Source: an uncultured Bacteroidota bacterium
Lineage (GTDB): Bacteria; Bacteroidota; Ignavibacteria; UBA10030; UBA6906
DNA length: 64,000 nucleotides
Direction: 5' to 3'
Assembly: GCA_963700635.1 (NCBI GenBank)
Contig: CAVOYH010000003.1
Location: 512,001 to 576,000 of the forward strand
The notes beneath the pieces are model-generated. The model had not been told where the DNA came from and did not search any database. It saw nothing but the letters and a program-made list of their open reading frames with translations. Position 1 is the first letter of the stretch, and the number at the start of each line of letters is the position of its first letter. Made by a program: the position numbers and the translations under genes. This document shows positions 8,471-17,211 of the stretch, piece after piece.

Positions 8471-10377
8471 GTGAGGTCTCCCTGCCGGCGGCGCGCGGCC
8501 TCCTGTCTGCGAATCGGAAGGACAACCGAAAATGTGCTGCCAGTCCCAATCACACTTTCCACCCAGATACGCCCGCCGTACATCTCCACAATCTCTTTCG
8601 CAATGGCAAGTCCGAGTCCGACACTCCCCGGCGTGGAGTCCGACGTCTGCTTGATCTGAACAAACTTGTCAAAAATCCGATCACAATGTTCCTTTGCAAT
8701 CCCGACACCTGTATCTTTCACTTCCAGACGCACCGCCCGGTCGTCCTCCCGGCCAGACACAGACACCGATCCTCCGGCAGGCGTGTACTTGAGCGCATTG
8801 GTGACGAGATTCATAATTACCCAGGACACCTGCTGTTCATCGGCCAGAATCGTAGGAAGCGTGGAGGGCACATCCGCAAACAACCGTACATTCTTTTCCT
8901 GAAACTGGATCTGGAGCGGCCGGAGAGACGATTCCACGACGTCGTGCAGCGTGAGCTCTTCTTCCCCGAGTTGCACCCGGCCGGACTCCAGCTTTGACAG
9001 TTGCAGGAGTTCCCGGGCCAGCTTTGTGAGGCGGTGACAATCCTCTTTTGCCGACGTGATCAGTTCCTTCTGCTTCGGCGCAAGAGGGCCGAGCAGCTCC
9101 TGGTCGAGAATATCCACGCTCATATTGATGGAAGTTACCGGTGTGCGAAATTCGTGAGATACCGTCGCGATAAAATCCGATTTGAGCCGGTCCAGCTCCT
9201 TAAACTGCGTGATGTCCTGCAAAAGCATCAACACCCCGTACAGCTGCCCCTCACGGTCTCTCAGTGTGGTAACTTTAGGACGAAAGAAATATGTTTTTCC
9301 CCCCCGTTCAATCGGAAGAAAGGACACCGGATGATCGGCGGCAGTCTGCGCGCCTTCCGTCGCCTCCCGAATCAACCGGAGTAGCCGTTCATCTGGAAGG
9401 CGCGTGGCGAGCGGCTGACCGATGGCCTCATTCTCCTCGAATCCGAAGAGGTCGGCCACCAGGCGATTCACATGCAGGATGGCATACGATGCGTCGGTCA
9501 TGATCAGACCGTCCGCAATACTGTCCACGATCACCTCGGACTTCTGCTTTTCCGAAAGGATCTTGTCAATATTGATCTCATCGTACTGCCTGAGACGTTC
9601 GGTCATCTTGTTGAATTCACGGCTCAGCTGGCCGATTTCATCATCCGACAACACGTCTATTTTGAGGTCGACGTGCCCGGCCCCGATCTGTTTGACTCGT
9701 TCCGTGAGCCGTTCCGCCGGCGTAATGAACGAACGAATAAGCCAGGCCGTCGCGATGATGCTCAGCACCAGCGTGACGATCGAGGCCATCATGGTGCCAA
9801 ATGCTGTTTTATTCGCGATGGAATGTGTCTGGGGCATGGCGTTGTAGAGACCGGCCTGGTTAATCTCAAACAGTTTGAAGCAGAGATCGCGCAACTGATC
9901 CGAAACCGGACGGATGCGGGCATAGTAGTAGTCTTTAGCCCCCTCGAACGCCCCCTGTTTGATCCGGGCAGTCATCGAATCCCCCAGCATCGAATACTGG
10001 CGGTAGGCGGATTGGATCGAATCCCGGAACGGTTCCTGTTCCGGCAATACCACCGAACGAACAGACTGATCATACCAGTAGACGAACAGATCCCGGTTCT
10101 CCGTCCATTTCAGGAACAGATCCCGGTTGTCGGTGAGAATCCCCTCAGCGGTTGCTGGTTCTCCCTCGCTCGCTACAAGAAGGGCGTTGTCCTGGCGTTC
10201 GAGCGACTTCATCATGTTTTCCGCGGCCAGCACGCTCAGGTAATTTTCGCGGATAATCGTGGTGACACTTGTGGCGATTGAATAGAAGTTATAAATGGAC
10301 CAGTATGTTGCGGCCAGGTTCAGAAGGACCAGAACGGTGAAAGTCCAGACAATCCGCGCACGAATACTCTTGAACAT
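8467..10377 (-). CDS. Membrane sensor histidine kinase (KinB-like: periplasmic helical sensor, HAMP, PAS, HisKA, HATPase)
   Basis: RENYLSVLAAENM sensor motif, HAMP DEIGQLSREFNKM, H-box SHEFRTP, N-box NALKYT, and G-boxes DTGVGI and GVGLGL-like. Confidence 0.93.
   Translation of the reverse strand: MFKSIRARIVWTFTVLVLLNLAATYWSIYNFYSIATSVTTIIRENYLSVLAAENMMKSLERQDNALLVASEGEPATAEGILTDNRDLFLKWTENRDLFVYWYDQSVRSVVLPEQEPFRDSIQSAYRQYSMLGDSMTARIKQGAFEGAKDYYYARIRPVSDQLRDLCFKLFEINQAGLYNAMPQTHSIANKTAFGTMMASIVTLVLSIIATAWLIRSFITPAERLTERVKQIGAGHVDLKIDVLSDDEIGQLSREFNKMTERLRQYDEINIDKILSEKQKSEVIVDSIADGLIMTDASYAILHVNRLVADLFGFEENEAIGQPLATRLPDERLLRLIREATEGAQTAADHPVSFLPIERGGKTYFFRPKVTTLRDREGQLYGVLMLLQDITQFKELDRLKSDFIATVSHEFRTPVTSINMSVDILDQELLGPLAPKQKELITSAKEDCHRLTKLARELLQLSKLESGRVQLGEEELTLHDVVESSLRPLQIQFQEKNVRLFADVPSTLPTILADEQQVSWVIMNLVTNALKYTPAGGSVSVSGREDDRAVRLEVKDTGVGIAKEHCDRIFDKFVQIKQTSDSTPGSVGLGLAIAKEIVEMYGGRIWVESVIGTGSTFSVVLPIRRQEAARRRQGDLT
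10084..10128. repeat. In-frame 30-bp tandem duplication within the kinase sensor domain
   Basis: GAACAGATCCCGGTT occurs at 10084-10098 and 10114-10128. The protein reads TDNRDLFLKW-TENRDLFVYW. Confidence 0.8.
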
Positions 10378-10389
10378 GGCGCAGGTTCC

Positions 10390-11118
10390 TTAGAAGAGTA
10401 CCCCGAGGTATGGTCCGTGATTCACCACGCTATAGTTGAACCGGGCGTTGGACATGGACCATCGCTGGTACCTGAAACGATAGCCGAGTGCTATCCCTTC
10501 TCCTATATGAACCGACTTGAGAATCACTCCGGCATCGGCAAGAACACTTGCCGAGGATCCGCTGCCGGTGCTGAGTCCTTCGAAGCTGTAGTGGATGATG
10601 CCAAGCACGCGAATGCCCGCATCGACGTCGACACTCATGAACCGGTACCGCAGGCCCGTTCCGATCCCTAGACTTGCGATATTAAAATTGTCCCGTTCCA
10701 CGCCCGTGGCCTCTGCCTTTGTGAAATCGGCGGCAACGCTGATGGGCACCACCAGCGCATGTGCACGGCTAACCGCAAGCGGAAATTCATTGGTGAACAC
10801 TGTGCCAAAATAGACCGTGGATCTGGAAGTTCCGCCCAGCGTGTAGCGTGTGTATCCAAACCCGATTTCAATGGGGCCTTGATGAAAACTGAGAATCGGC
10901 ATGTACGCTTTGAAACGGATGGCCGCCGAATCCGGCGTCGGGTTGCCGGAGCGCGGCGAAAACTCCCGGTGTAATACGCCCGCCGCAAAGAACCGCGCTT
11001 CGTCGATTGTGTAGTCTCGCGGCTGGTCATACTGTGCCAAACACGGGGGGCCCGCGAGGATAATGCCCGCGATCGCCAAGAGACCCTTTACCCGGTGACA
11101 CGTATCCCGGTATATCAT
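10390..11118 (-). CDS. Hypothetical outer-membrane beta-barrel protein
   Basis: Start reassigned to 11118 (ATGA overlap with the upstream stop). Signal-like segment, alternating beta strands (GIGTGLRYRF, ALGYRFRYQ) and C-terminal HGPYLGVLF ending in Phe. Confidence 0.65.
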   Translation of the reverse strand: MIYRDTCHRVKGLLAIAGIILAGPPCLAQYDQPRDYTIDEARFFAAGVLHREFSPRSGNPTPDSAAIRFKAYMPILSFHQGPIEIGFGYTRYTLGGTSRSTVYFGTVFTNEFPLAVSRAHALVVPISVAADFTKAEATGVERDNFNIASLGIGTGLRYRFMSVDVDAGIRVLGIIHYSFEGLSTGSGSSASVLADAGVILKSVHIGEGIALGYRFRYQRWSMSNARFNYSVVNHGPYLGVLF

Positions 11119-12428
11119 GTTCCCTCCGCCTCCACGTGCTGCTTCCGCAATCGAATGGTCTTCACTTTGATGCTGTCGACCGCTTCGACGGTGATCTCCC
11201 ATGAACCGATCGTCAACCGTGTCCCCCGCTCCGGCACCACCCCGAGCAGGTGGATGATGTAACCACTGACTGTGACGACATCCCGTGAATCGGGGACAAT
11301 CTCAAACTTACGGGAAAAATCCAGGAGCGCCATCGTTCCATCTACCAAGAACTCTGTGTCGGTGATCCGCTGCACGAGCACCGCTTCCACATCAAATTCA
11401 TCCCGGATCTCGCCCACGAGCTCTTCCAGAACATTCTCCAGTGTCACCAGACCCGCAGTGCCGCCATATTCATCCACTACGATCGCCATGAGGACACGCT
11501 TTGCCAGAAACATATTCAGCGTCCGTTCAAGCGCCATCGTTTCGGGAACAAACAGCATTTCGTGTTTGATTTCGCTCATGAGCGTGCCCTCACCGATCTC
11601 CCCTTTGAGCCGGAACAGATCCTTCAAATGGATCATCCCCACGACATTGTCAAGGTTTCCATCGCAGAGCGGGTACCGGGTGAACTGATTCTCCAGCGCA
11701 ATGGCAATATTTTCCTCGATGGTTTTTGCCACGGACAGGTAAACGAGTTTCGTGCGGGGAACCATCACCTCACGAACGGTTCGCTCACGGAGTTCAATAG
11801 CACGAAGGGAGATACTCTTTCCGGTGGACGTGAGGCTCACCCCTTCGCTAAGCAGAAGCCGGAGCTCTTCTTCGGAGTGTGCGATCTCTCCCTCCGTTGC
11901 GGGCTCGATTCCGGCCAGGCGCAAGAAGTAGTTTGCGGTCCCGTTAAGTGCCCAGATAAGAGGACGAAAGAGGACGAAAAACCAGTGTAGGGGTCTGGCG
12001 ATGGCCAGAGTTACCCTGCTGGCACGCTGAATAGCCATCGATTTCGGGGCAAGTTCCCCGAACACGATATGCAGAAATGTAATAATCGAAAACCCGACCG
12101 TAAACGCGATCGTCTTCACAAGGGCCGGTTCAGTAATTCCAAGGGCGATAAGAACCGGCTCAAGCATGTGCGCGACGAAGGGCTCGCCCATCCATCCCAA
12201 TCCCAGGCTGGTAAGGGTGATTCCAAGTTGTGTGGCAGAAAGATATGCGTCAAGGTGGGCTATTACATTCTGCGCGGTTCGCGCACGGGCAGACCCGCTC
12301 CGTACAAGGGGTTCGATCTGGGTAGACCGGACTTTGACGATCGCAAATTCAGCCGCTACAAAAAAGCCATTAAAGAAAACAAGTCCCAGAACACCCAGGA
12401 TTTTCGCTAAAATCGTGATGATTTCCAT
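11115..12428 (-). CDS. CNNM/DUF21-CBS-CorC (TlyC/CorB 'hemolysin family') protein
   Basis: NGFFVAAEFAIVKVR, QLGITLTSLGLGW.GEP, GELAPK, CBS pair (VREVMVPR; VVDEYGGTAGLVTLE) and CorC_HlyC tail. Confidence 0.93.
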   Translation of the reverse strand: MEIITILAKILGVLGLVFFNGFFVAAEFAIVKVRSTQIEPLVRSGSARARTAQNVIAHLDAYLSATQLGITLTSLGLGWMGEPFVAHMLEPVLIALGITEPALVKTIAFTVGFSIITFLHIVFGELAPKSMAIQRASRVTLAIARPLHWFFVLFRPLIWALNGTANYFLRLAGIEPATEGEIAHSEEELRLLLSEGVSLTSTGKSISLRAIELRERTVREVMVPRTKLVYLSVAKTIEENIAIALENQFTRYPLCDGNLDNVVGMIHLKDLFRLKGEIGEGTLMSEIKHEMLFVPETMALERTLNMFLAKRVLMAIVVDEYGGTAGLVTLENVLEELVGEIRDEFDVEAVLVQRITDTEFLVDGTMALLDFSRKFEIVPDSRDVVTVSGYIIHLLGVVPERGTRLTIGSWEITVEAVDSIKVKTIRLRKQHVEAEGT

Positions 12429-12435
12429 GTATATC

Positions 12436-12464
12436 AAGGTACGCCAAAACAGAAGGGAAAGCAA
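12436..12464 (-). promoter_or_regulatory. Sigma70 promoter, predicted leaderless transcript
   Basis: TTGCTT-N17-TACCTT-N7-ATG(12428), with no SD. Confidence 0.6.
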
Positions 12465-12473
12465 CCTCTCAAC

Positions 12474-14306
12474 TTATTCCCCGTTTGCCACAAAAACACG
12501 GTACCCGCGCGGTTCAAGTGTGATCTTCACCTGATCCTGGGAGCCTGGAACAGACCAGTCACGCTCCAGGAACAACTCGCGGTACTTCACAACAGCACCA
12601 CGTTTTGTTTCCCCTGACACCGGGATGTGCAGCGTTACCTGCCTGGTTTCTCCTGCGAAATTCAGCACCACGAGAATCCGGTTCTTTCCGGAAACACGTA
12701 AATATGCATAAACGTCATTGTCTGCGGCCCCTTTCACCCGCACAAACTCCCCCTCCGTCAGGGCGGGGTTGACACGCCGCAGCTCAAACAGTTTCCGGTT
12801 GAAGTCGCCCATCTCGTGTGATCTGTTCCAATCAACATCCACCTTGCGGAAGAGCTCCAAGACCCGGTCATTCGCAACTTCCTCACCCGTGTAAAGAAGC
12901 GGCACCCCGGGCAGCGTGTTCGCCAGAATCGTGGCGATCTTGAGTCCGTCCATCCCGAACTTGGTGACCGCAGGAGCATCCCATGCGTTCTTGTCATGGT
13001 TTGTTGCGAAACGCAGCCGTAATGCCCCCTTCGGGAACTGTAAGCTCTCCGTCTTGAGCATCTGGTCCAGCACAACGAGCGGGCGTTTTCCAGTTAACAC
13101 CGGATCCAGCAAGTCGTAAAGGTTCCACGCGTATGTGAGGTCAAAGGCCTTTACATGGTGCTCCGGCAGCGACCCTTCGGAGAGCATCATCACAGGCTTT
13201 ACCGCATCGAGTGCGTCCCGGGCATCTTCCCAGAAGTCCGTCGGGACCAGTTCTGACACATCACACCGGAAGCCATCAATCCCCACATCCCGTACCCAGT
13301 AGAGCATCATTTCTTTCATATACGCGCGTACGCCGGGCTGACTGTAATCCAGATCAGCGACATCGTACCAGTCGGGGTTGGGGGGAATGATATGGCCGGT
13401 TGCATCGGTGGTAAACCATTCCGGATGATCCAGGATCAGTGTGTTATCCCACGAAGTATGATTCGCCACGAGATCGATAATCAGTTTCATCCCATGACCA
13501 TGAACGGTGCGGAGCAGTCTCTTAAAATCATCCAGACTGCCGAACTCCGGGTTGATCCCGTAGTAGTCTTTCACGGAATACGGACTTCCGAGCGGTCCTT
13601 TTCTCTTCTTCACGCCCACAGGATGGATGGGCAGGAGCCAGAGGGTTGTTATCCCGAGATCTTTGAGTTCAGAAACACGCTCCTCAAGGGCGGCAAAGGT
13701 CCCCGCCGGGGAGAAAGACCGGAGATAGACTGAGTAGATAACTCCGTCACGGACCCAGTCTGCACTCTGGCGCGCCGGGAGAGCCGCAAGAGGATTCCGC
13801 AGCAACTCTTCCAGCCGTCCCGATTCGATAAGGGTCACCGGCCGGTAGATGCCACCGCCACCGCTGTAGTCTTTAACGAGGACTGCAACGGTGTTTATTC
13901 CGGAATGGACAGCAGCACCTACATCAAGGGCAAACGGATCGCTGTATCCGGTATGTTCACCAACGCTGATGCCGTTGATCCAGACTTCTGCATCATCATC
14001 AACTCCGGCGAAATGGATACTGAGCGGAGTCGCCACTGTGTCCATGGTAAACGTACGAACAAACCACCCCCATCCGTCGTACCGGGAAAGTCCGGGGTAG
14101 GTTTCCCAGAAGTCCGGCGTGAGGACAGTCTGCCATGTGGTGCGGTCGGCTTCGGGAAGGAACCACCGTTGGGTCACACCAATCCTGCCCGGATCAGCGG
14201 CGAAGAACCACTCTCCGTCAAGGGAGATTTTTACGGGAGATGGTGTTGCCGTCATCACTCCAGCTCCTGCCATCAGAACACAGAGGGTCTTGAAAAGTCC
14301 TGGCAT
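12474..14306 (-). CDS. Exported GH13 alpha-amylase-family enzyme with an N-terminal GH2-like sugar-binding domain
   Basis: DLVANHTSWD, GIDGFRCDV, MLSEG and NHD catalytic regions. The N-terminal ISLDGEWFF...YDGWGWF...FAGVDDDAEVWING...GGGIYRPV is a galactose-binding-like fold. Start taken at MPGLFK. Confidence 0.9.
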   Translation of the reverse strand: MPGLFKTLCVLMAGAGVMTATPSPVKISLDGEWFFAADPGRIGVTQRWFLPEADRTTWQTVLTPDFWETYPGLSRYDGWGWFVRTFTMDTVATPLSIHFAGVDDDAEVWINGISVGEHTGYSDPFALDVGAAVHSGINTVAVLVKDYSGGGGIYRPVTLIESGRLEELLRNPLAALPARQSADWVRDGVIYSVYLRSFSPAGTFAALEERVSELKDLGITTLWLLPIHPVGVKKRKGPLGSPYSVKDYYGINPEFGSLDDFKRLLRTVHGHGMKLIIDLVANHTSWDNTLILDHPEWFTTDATGHIIPPNPDWYDVADLDYSQPGVRAYMKEMMLYWVRDVGIDGFRCDVSELVPTDFWEDARDALDAVKPVMMLSEGSLPEHHVKAFDLTYAWNLYDLLDPVLTGKRPLVVLDQMLKTESLQFPKGALRLRFATNHDKNAWDAPAVTKFGMDGLKIATILANTLPGVPLLYTGEEVANDRVLELFRKVDVDWNRSHEMGDFNRKLFELRRVNPALTEGEFVRVKGAADNDVYAYLRVSGKNRILVVLNFAGETRQVTLHIPVSGETKRGAVVKYRELFLERDWSVPGSQDQVKITLEPRGYRVFVANGE

Positions 14307-14340
14307 TGTCCAGTTTCCTTCTGAATATGTACCAGAGGCA

Positions 14341-15510
14341 TTATTCCCCCGGTCCCCAAACAAAAACGCCGACAACCACGGCAAGCACGGCCCATTGAAT
14401 CCACCGTTTTAACCGTGGATCCTGCCGCCGTACCCAATCCCATACCAGCGCCAGGCCGAACATCAGGGCCAGAAGGACAAAGATCCACCCGAACGCTTCC
14501 GGTAATCCAAACGAGTGGTTTGCCCAGCGCCGGAAATTGAAGGGCCCGAAGTCTCCATAGATCAACAGGAGATGTGTTGTGTACACAAGAAGTGATTCCC
14601 GGCCGACGAGCGTAACCCAGGATCCGGGCGAAACACCCTTACGTTGTTCATACAGCATAAGTCCGGCGCAGAGGAGGAACACGATTCCAAGACGGAGGAC
14701 CACGAAACTTGGGCTGAAGCGCCAGTAGTCATAGGTCGGATACAGCCAGACCAGGGGGAGAAGGGCAAAAGAGAGTACAACGAGCGCGCCTCCCAGCCCA
14801 AAAAACCTGCCAACGGGAAAGATGCCTCTCGGCGCAGTGGAAGTAATCGATCGCTCCCGCGATTCAGTAAAAACATAGCCGGCAATTGCCCCGGCGAACA
14901 GGAAGACGGCCCACGGAAAGAGCGGGAAAAGCGAGGAGTGGAATCCATTCAGATACGCCGCAAAAGGGCCCGGCACTGATTGTACCCAGTCTACCCCCCA
15001 CATCAACGGTGTCACAAAAAGCACGATCACCGCAACCAGTGTGGCGAATTGATACAACCGCCTTTCCGTGCGAAGGATCAAGAGCATACCCTGAAGAAAG
15101 AGCAGACTCACGGCAATACAATGGAGAACATCGGACTGAAAAAAGACGAGCCATTGCGATTCTGTCACGTCTCCCAGCATCTGTTCGAGGTTAAACTTGG
15201 GCAGATGGAGTGTATAGGCAAGCAGGAGGACGAAGAGCAGGCGCCAGAGTTGTTTTAGAAGCGGCGTTCCGAGCGCAAGATACGAACCGATTTTCCGTCT
15301 GGTCGTGACCGCATACGCCATGCCGGATGCAAACAGAAATGAGGGCGCAACGAGTCCGTTGATAAAACTCAAAACATCAAACAGCGGTGCCCCTGTAATC
15401 TCCGGTCTGACGGTGGCATTGACCACGTGAGTTTCGATCATCACGATGACCGCCCATCCGCGCAGAAGATCAATAAAGGCAAGACGCTTCGTGGGTGCCA
15501 TACCATTCAT
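14341..15510 (-). CDS. DUF1624/HGSNAT-like membrane acyltransferase (copy 2)
   Basis: RLAFIDLLRGWAVIVMIETH, APSFLFASG, DVLHCI, FPLFPW and GRESLLVYTTHL motifs; multi-TM. Exact start uncertain. Confidence 0.8.
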   Translation of the reverse strand: MNGMAPTKRLAFIDLLRGWAVIVMIETHVVNATVRPEITGAPLFDVLSFINGLVAPSFLFASGMAYAVTTRRKIGSYLALGTPLLKQLWRLLFVLLLAYTLHLPKFNLEQMLGDVTESQWLVFFQSDVLHCIAVSLLFLQGMLLILRTERRLYQFATLVAVIVLFVTPLMWGVDWVQSVPGPFAAYLNGFHSSLFPLFPWAVFLFAGAIAGYVFTESRERSITSTAPRGIFPVGRFFGLGGALVVLSFALLPLVWLYPTYDYWRFSPSFVVLRLGIVFLLCAGLMLYEQRKGVSPGSWVTLVGRESLLVYTTHLLLIYGDFGPFNFRRWANHSFGLPEAFGWIFVLLALMFGLALVWDWVRRQDPRLKRWIQWAVLAVVVGVFVWGPGE

Positions 15511-15604
15511 CCCGCAATGACCGGGCCGGAACAAAATTCAACGACACATTCTGCATCGGCAGTCCGTGTGCGCTTATGCGTCCAGCACCCGGTCAGGTGT
15601 GTGG

Positions 15605-16750
15605 TTAATATGGTTTTGTCAGAAAGAAGTAGAGCAGCGTGCTCGTGAAGCCCGCCTGCAGCAACCGTAGGGGATAGTAATGAGCGTCCCGGAGAGTGTT
15701 CCGGGTGTGGACGAGCATCACCATGAGCATAAGCACTCCGATGGCCACGACAAAGGCCCCTGCGGGATCAAGATGCTGTCCGATGATTTGCATGAGACCG
15801 GAATTGGCGGCAGAACCGTAGACAAGGAGAAGATGGACCGTATAGACGACCAGAGAGGCCTGTCCAAGAGTCACCAGGTTCTCCGCCGCAACGGGCGGAA
15901 GACGTCTGACCTGGAACACTGCGGATGTGATTGCAACGATGATGCCGATGCGCATAAGGAAGAAGTCGGGGCCCGTCTTCCAGAAATCATGCGAGGGATA
16001 GACGGTAATCGGCACGAGGTCAAAGACAAGACCGGCAACACTGGCGGCGAGCCCGAACCGGAACATCGAGCGGAGACAGAGGCTTTCACTTCCCTCATTC
16101 CGCATACGGAGAAACACCATACCGAAACCGGCACCGGCGAAAAGATAGGCCGCAAAGGGGAACAGCGGGAAGAGGGAAGGCACATGCTGATTAAAATACG
16201 GCGCAAAAACCGGCGTGACCACGCCGCTGAGATCGGCGAGCCATACCAGGGGCGCCAGCAGAACGATAAGAGCCGCGGCACAGAATGAGACGAGAACGAA
16301 CCGTTCAGGAGTACGGGCGAGCACGACCAGCAGTTGAAGAATAATAATACTCGCCGCGAGGCAATGCAGAATATCAACCTGCAGCATCATGGCGTACTCG
16401 TGTGGACGGGTATCGTGGAGCAGCTTGTTCAGCGAAAAGAAGGGAAAATGAAGAGCATACCCGAGTCCGAGGAGCATGATCATCTTCACCAGACGCCGCC
16501 GGGCAGGAGCCGCAAACGCGACAAAGGCATCCCACCTCCGCAGGGTGGCCACGGCGAAGGCAAAACCCGCAACGAACAGAAAAAGCGGCGCAGTGAACCC
16601 GCGCGCCATGTCGTAGTACCGGAATAACTCCGTTGTGCGCGAGGCCGGGCCCAGCACAGAGTCAATGCTGTGGCCTAGCACCATAACAACAACGGCGAAG
16701 CCACGCAGATAGTCGAGGTGTTGTAAACGTTGTGTGCGCTGTTGCATCAC
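15605..16750 (-). CDS. DUF1624/HGSNAT-like membrane acyltransferase (copy 1)
   Basis: RLQHLDYLRGFAVVVMVLGH, APLFLFVAG, DILHCL, FPLFPF and GQASLVVYTVHL motifs. Confidence 0.8.
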   Translation of the reverse strand: MMQQRTQRLQHLDYLRGFAVVVMVLGHSIDSVLGPASRTTELFRYYDMARGFTAPLFLFVAGFAFAVATLRRWDAFVAFAAPARRRLVKMIMLLGLGYALHFPFFSLNKLLHDTRPHEYAMMLQVDILHCLAASIIILQLLVVLARTPERFVLVSFCAAALIVLLAPLVWLADLSGVVTPVFAPYFNQHVPSLFPLFPFAAYLFAGAGFGMVFLRMRNEGSESLCLRSMFRFGLAASVAGLVFDLVPITVYPSHDFWKTGPDFFLMRIGIIVAITSAVFQVRRLPPVAAENLVTLGQASLVVYTVHLLLVYGSAANSGLMQIIGQHLDPAGAFVVAIGVLMLMVMLVHTRNTLRDAHYYPLRLLQAGFTSTLLYFFLTKPY

Positions 16751-16787
16751 TCAGGGTTGGACGGAGAAACGCAGCAAAGAGGACTCG

Positions 16788-17177
16788 TTACTCGCCGATC
16801 TTGTCCTTGATAATCTTTTCCAGTTCGTCAAAATCCACCGGCTTCGTCATATACGCAGCCCCGCCGATTTCTTTGCCAAACTTCTTAGCGTAGTAATCAT
16901 CAACCGAGGTAAGGAACACAAAGGGAAGGCCCAGATGTTCTTTTTTCACCTCTTCAAATAACTCAAAGCCATTCGTGCCGGGCATAATAAGATCAGAAAC
17001 AACAATGCTGGGCTTGTCTGACTTGATGACGCGCATGGCGTTCTCAGCATCACCGACGGCCTTGACGGTAAATCCGCGGTCCATGAGCCCCGCCCGGGTT
17101 GCACTTAAGGTCGAAGGCTCGTCATCCACGAGCAACACCAGCTTGTCTTTCAACATGCCATCCCCGTTAACAGTCAT
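16788..17177 (-). CDS. Stand-alone response regulator receiver protein
   Basis: LLVDDE, SDLIMPGTNG, FLTS and YMTKP motifs; no output domain. Confidence 0.9.
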   Translation of the reverse strand: MTVNGDGMLKDKLVLLVDDEPSTLSATRAGLMDRGFTVKAVGDAENAMRVIKSDKPSIVVSDLIMPGTNGFELFEEVKKEHLGLPFVFLTSVDDYYAKKFGKEIGGAAYMTKPVDFDELEKIIKDKIGE

Positions 17178-17211
17178 CGTTAAATATCTTTAATTCCCTC
17201 CAAAGATGCAA

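Noticed and set aside
7262-8659. Long antisense ORFs (e.g. 7262-8659, 5537-6610, 36251-37270, 53249-54106)
   Set aside because: These are shadows of well-supported genes on the opposite strand in GC-rich DNA, with no recognisable motifs.
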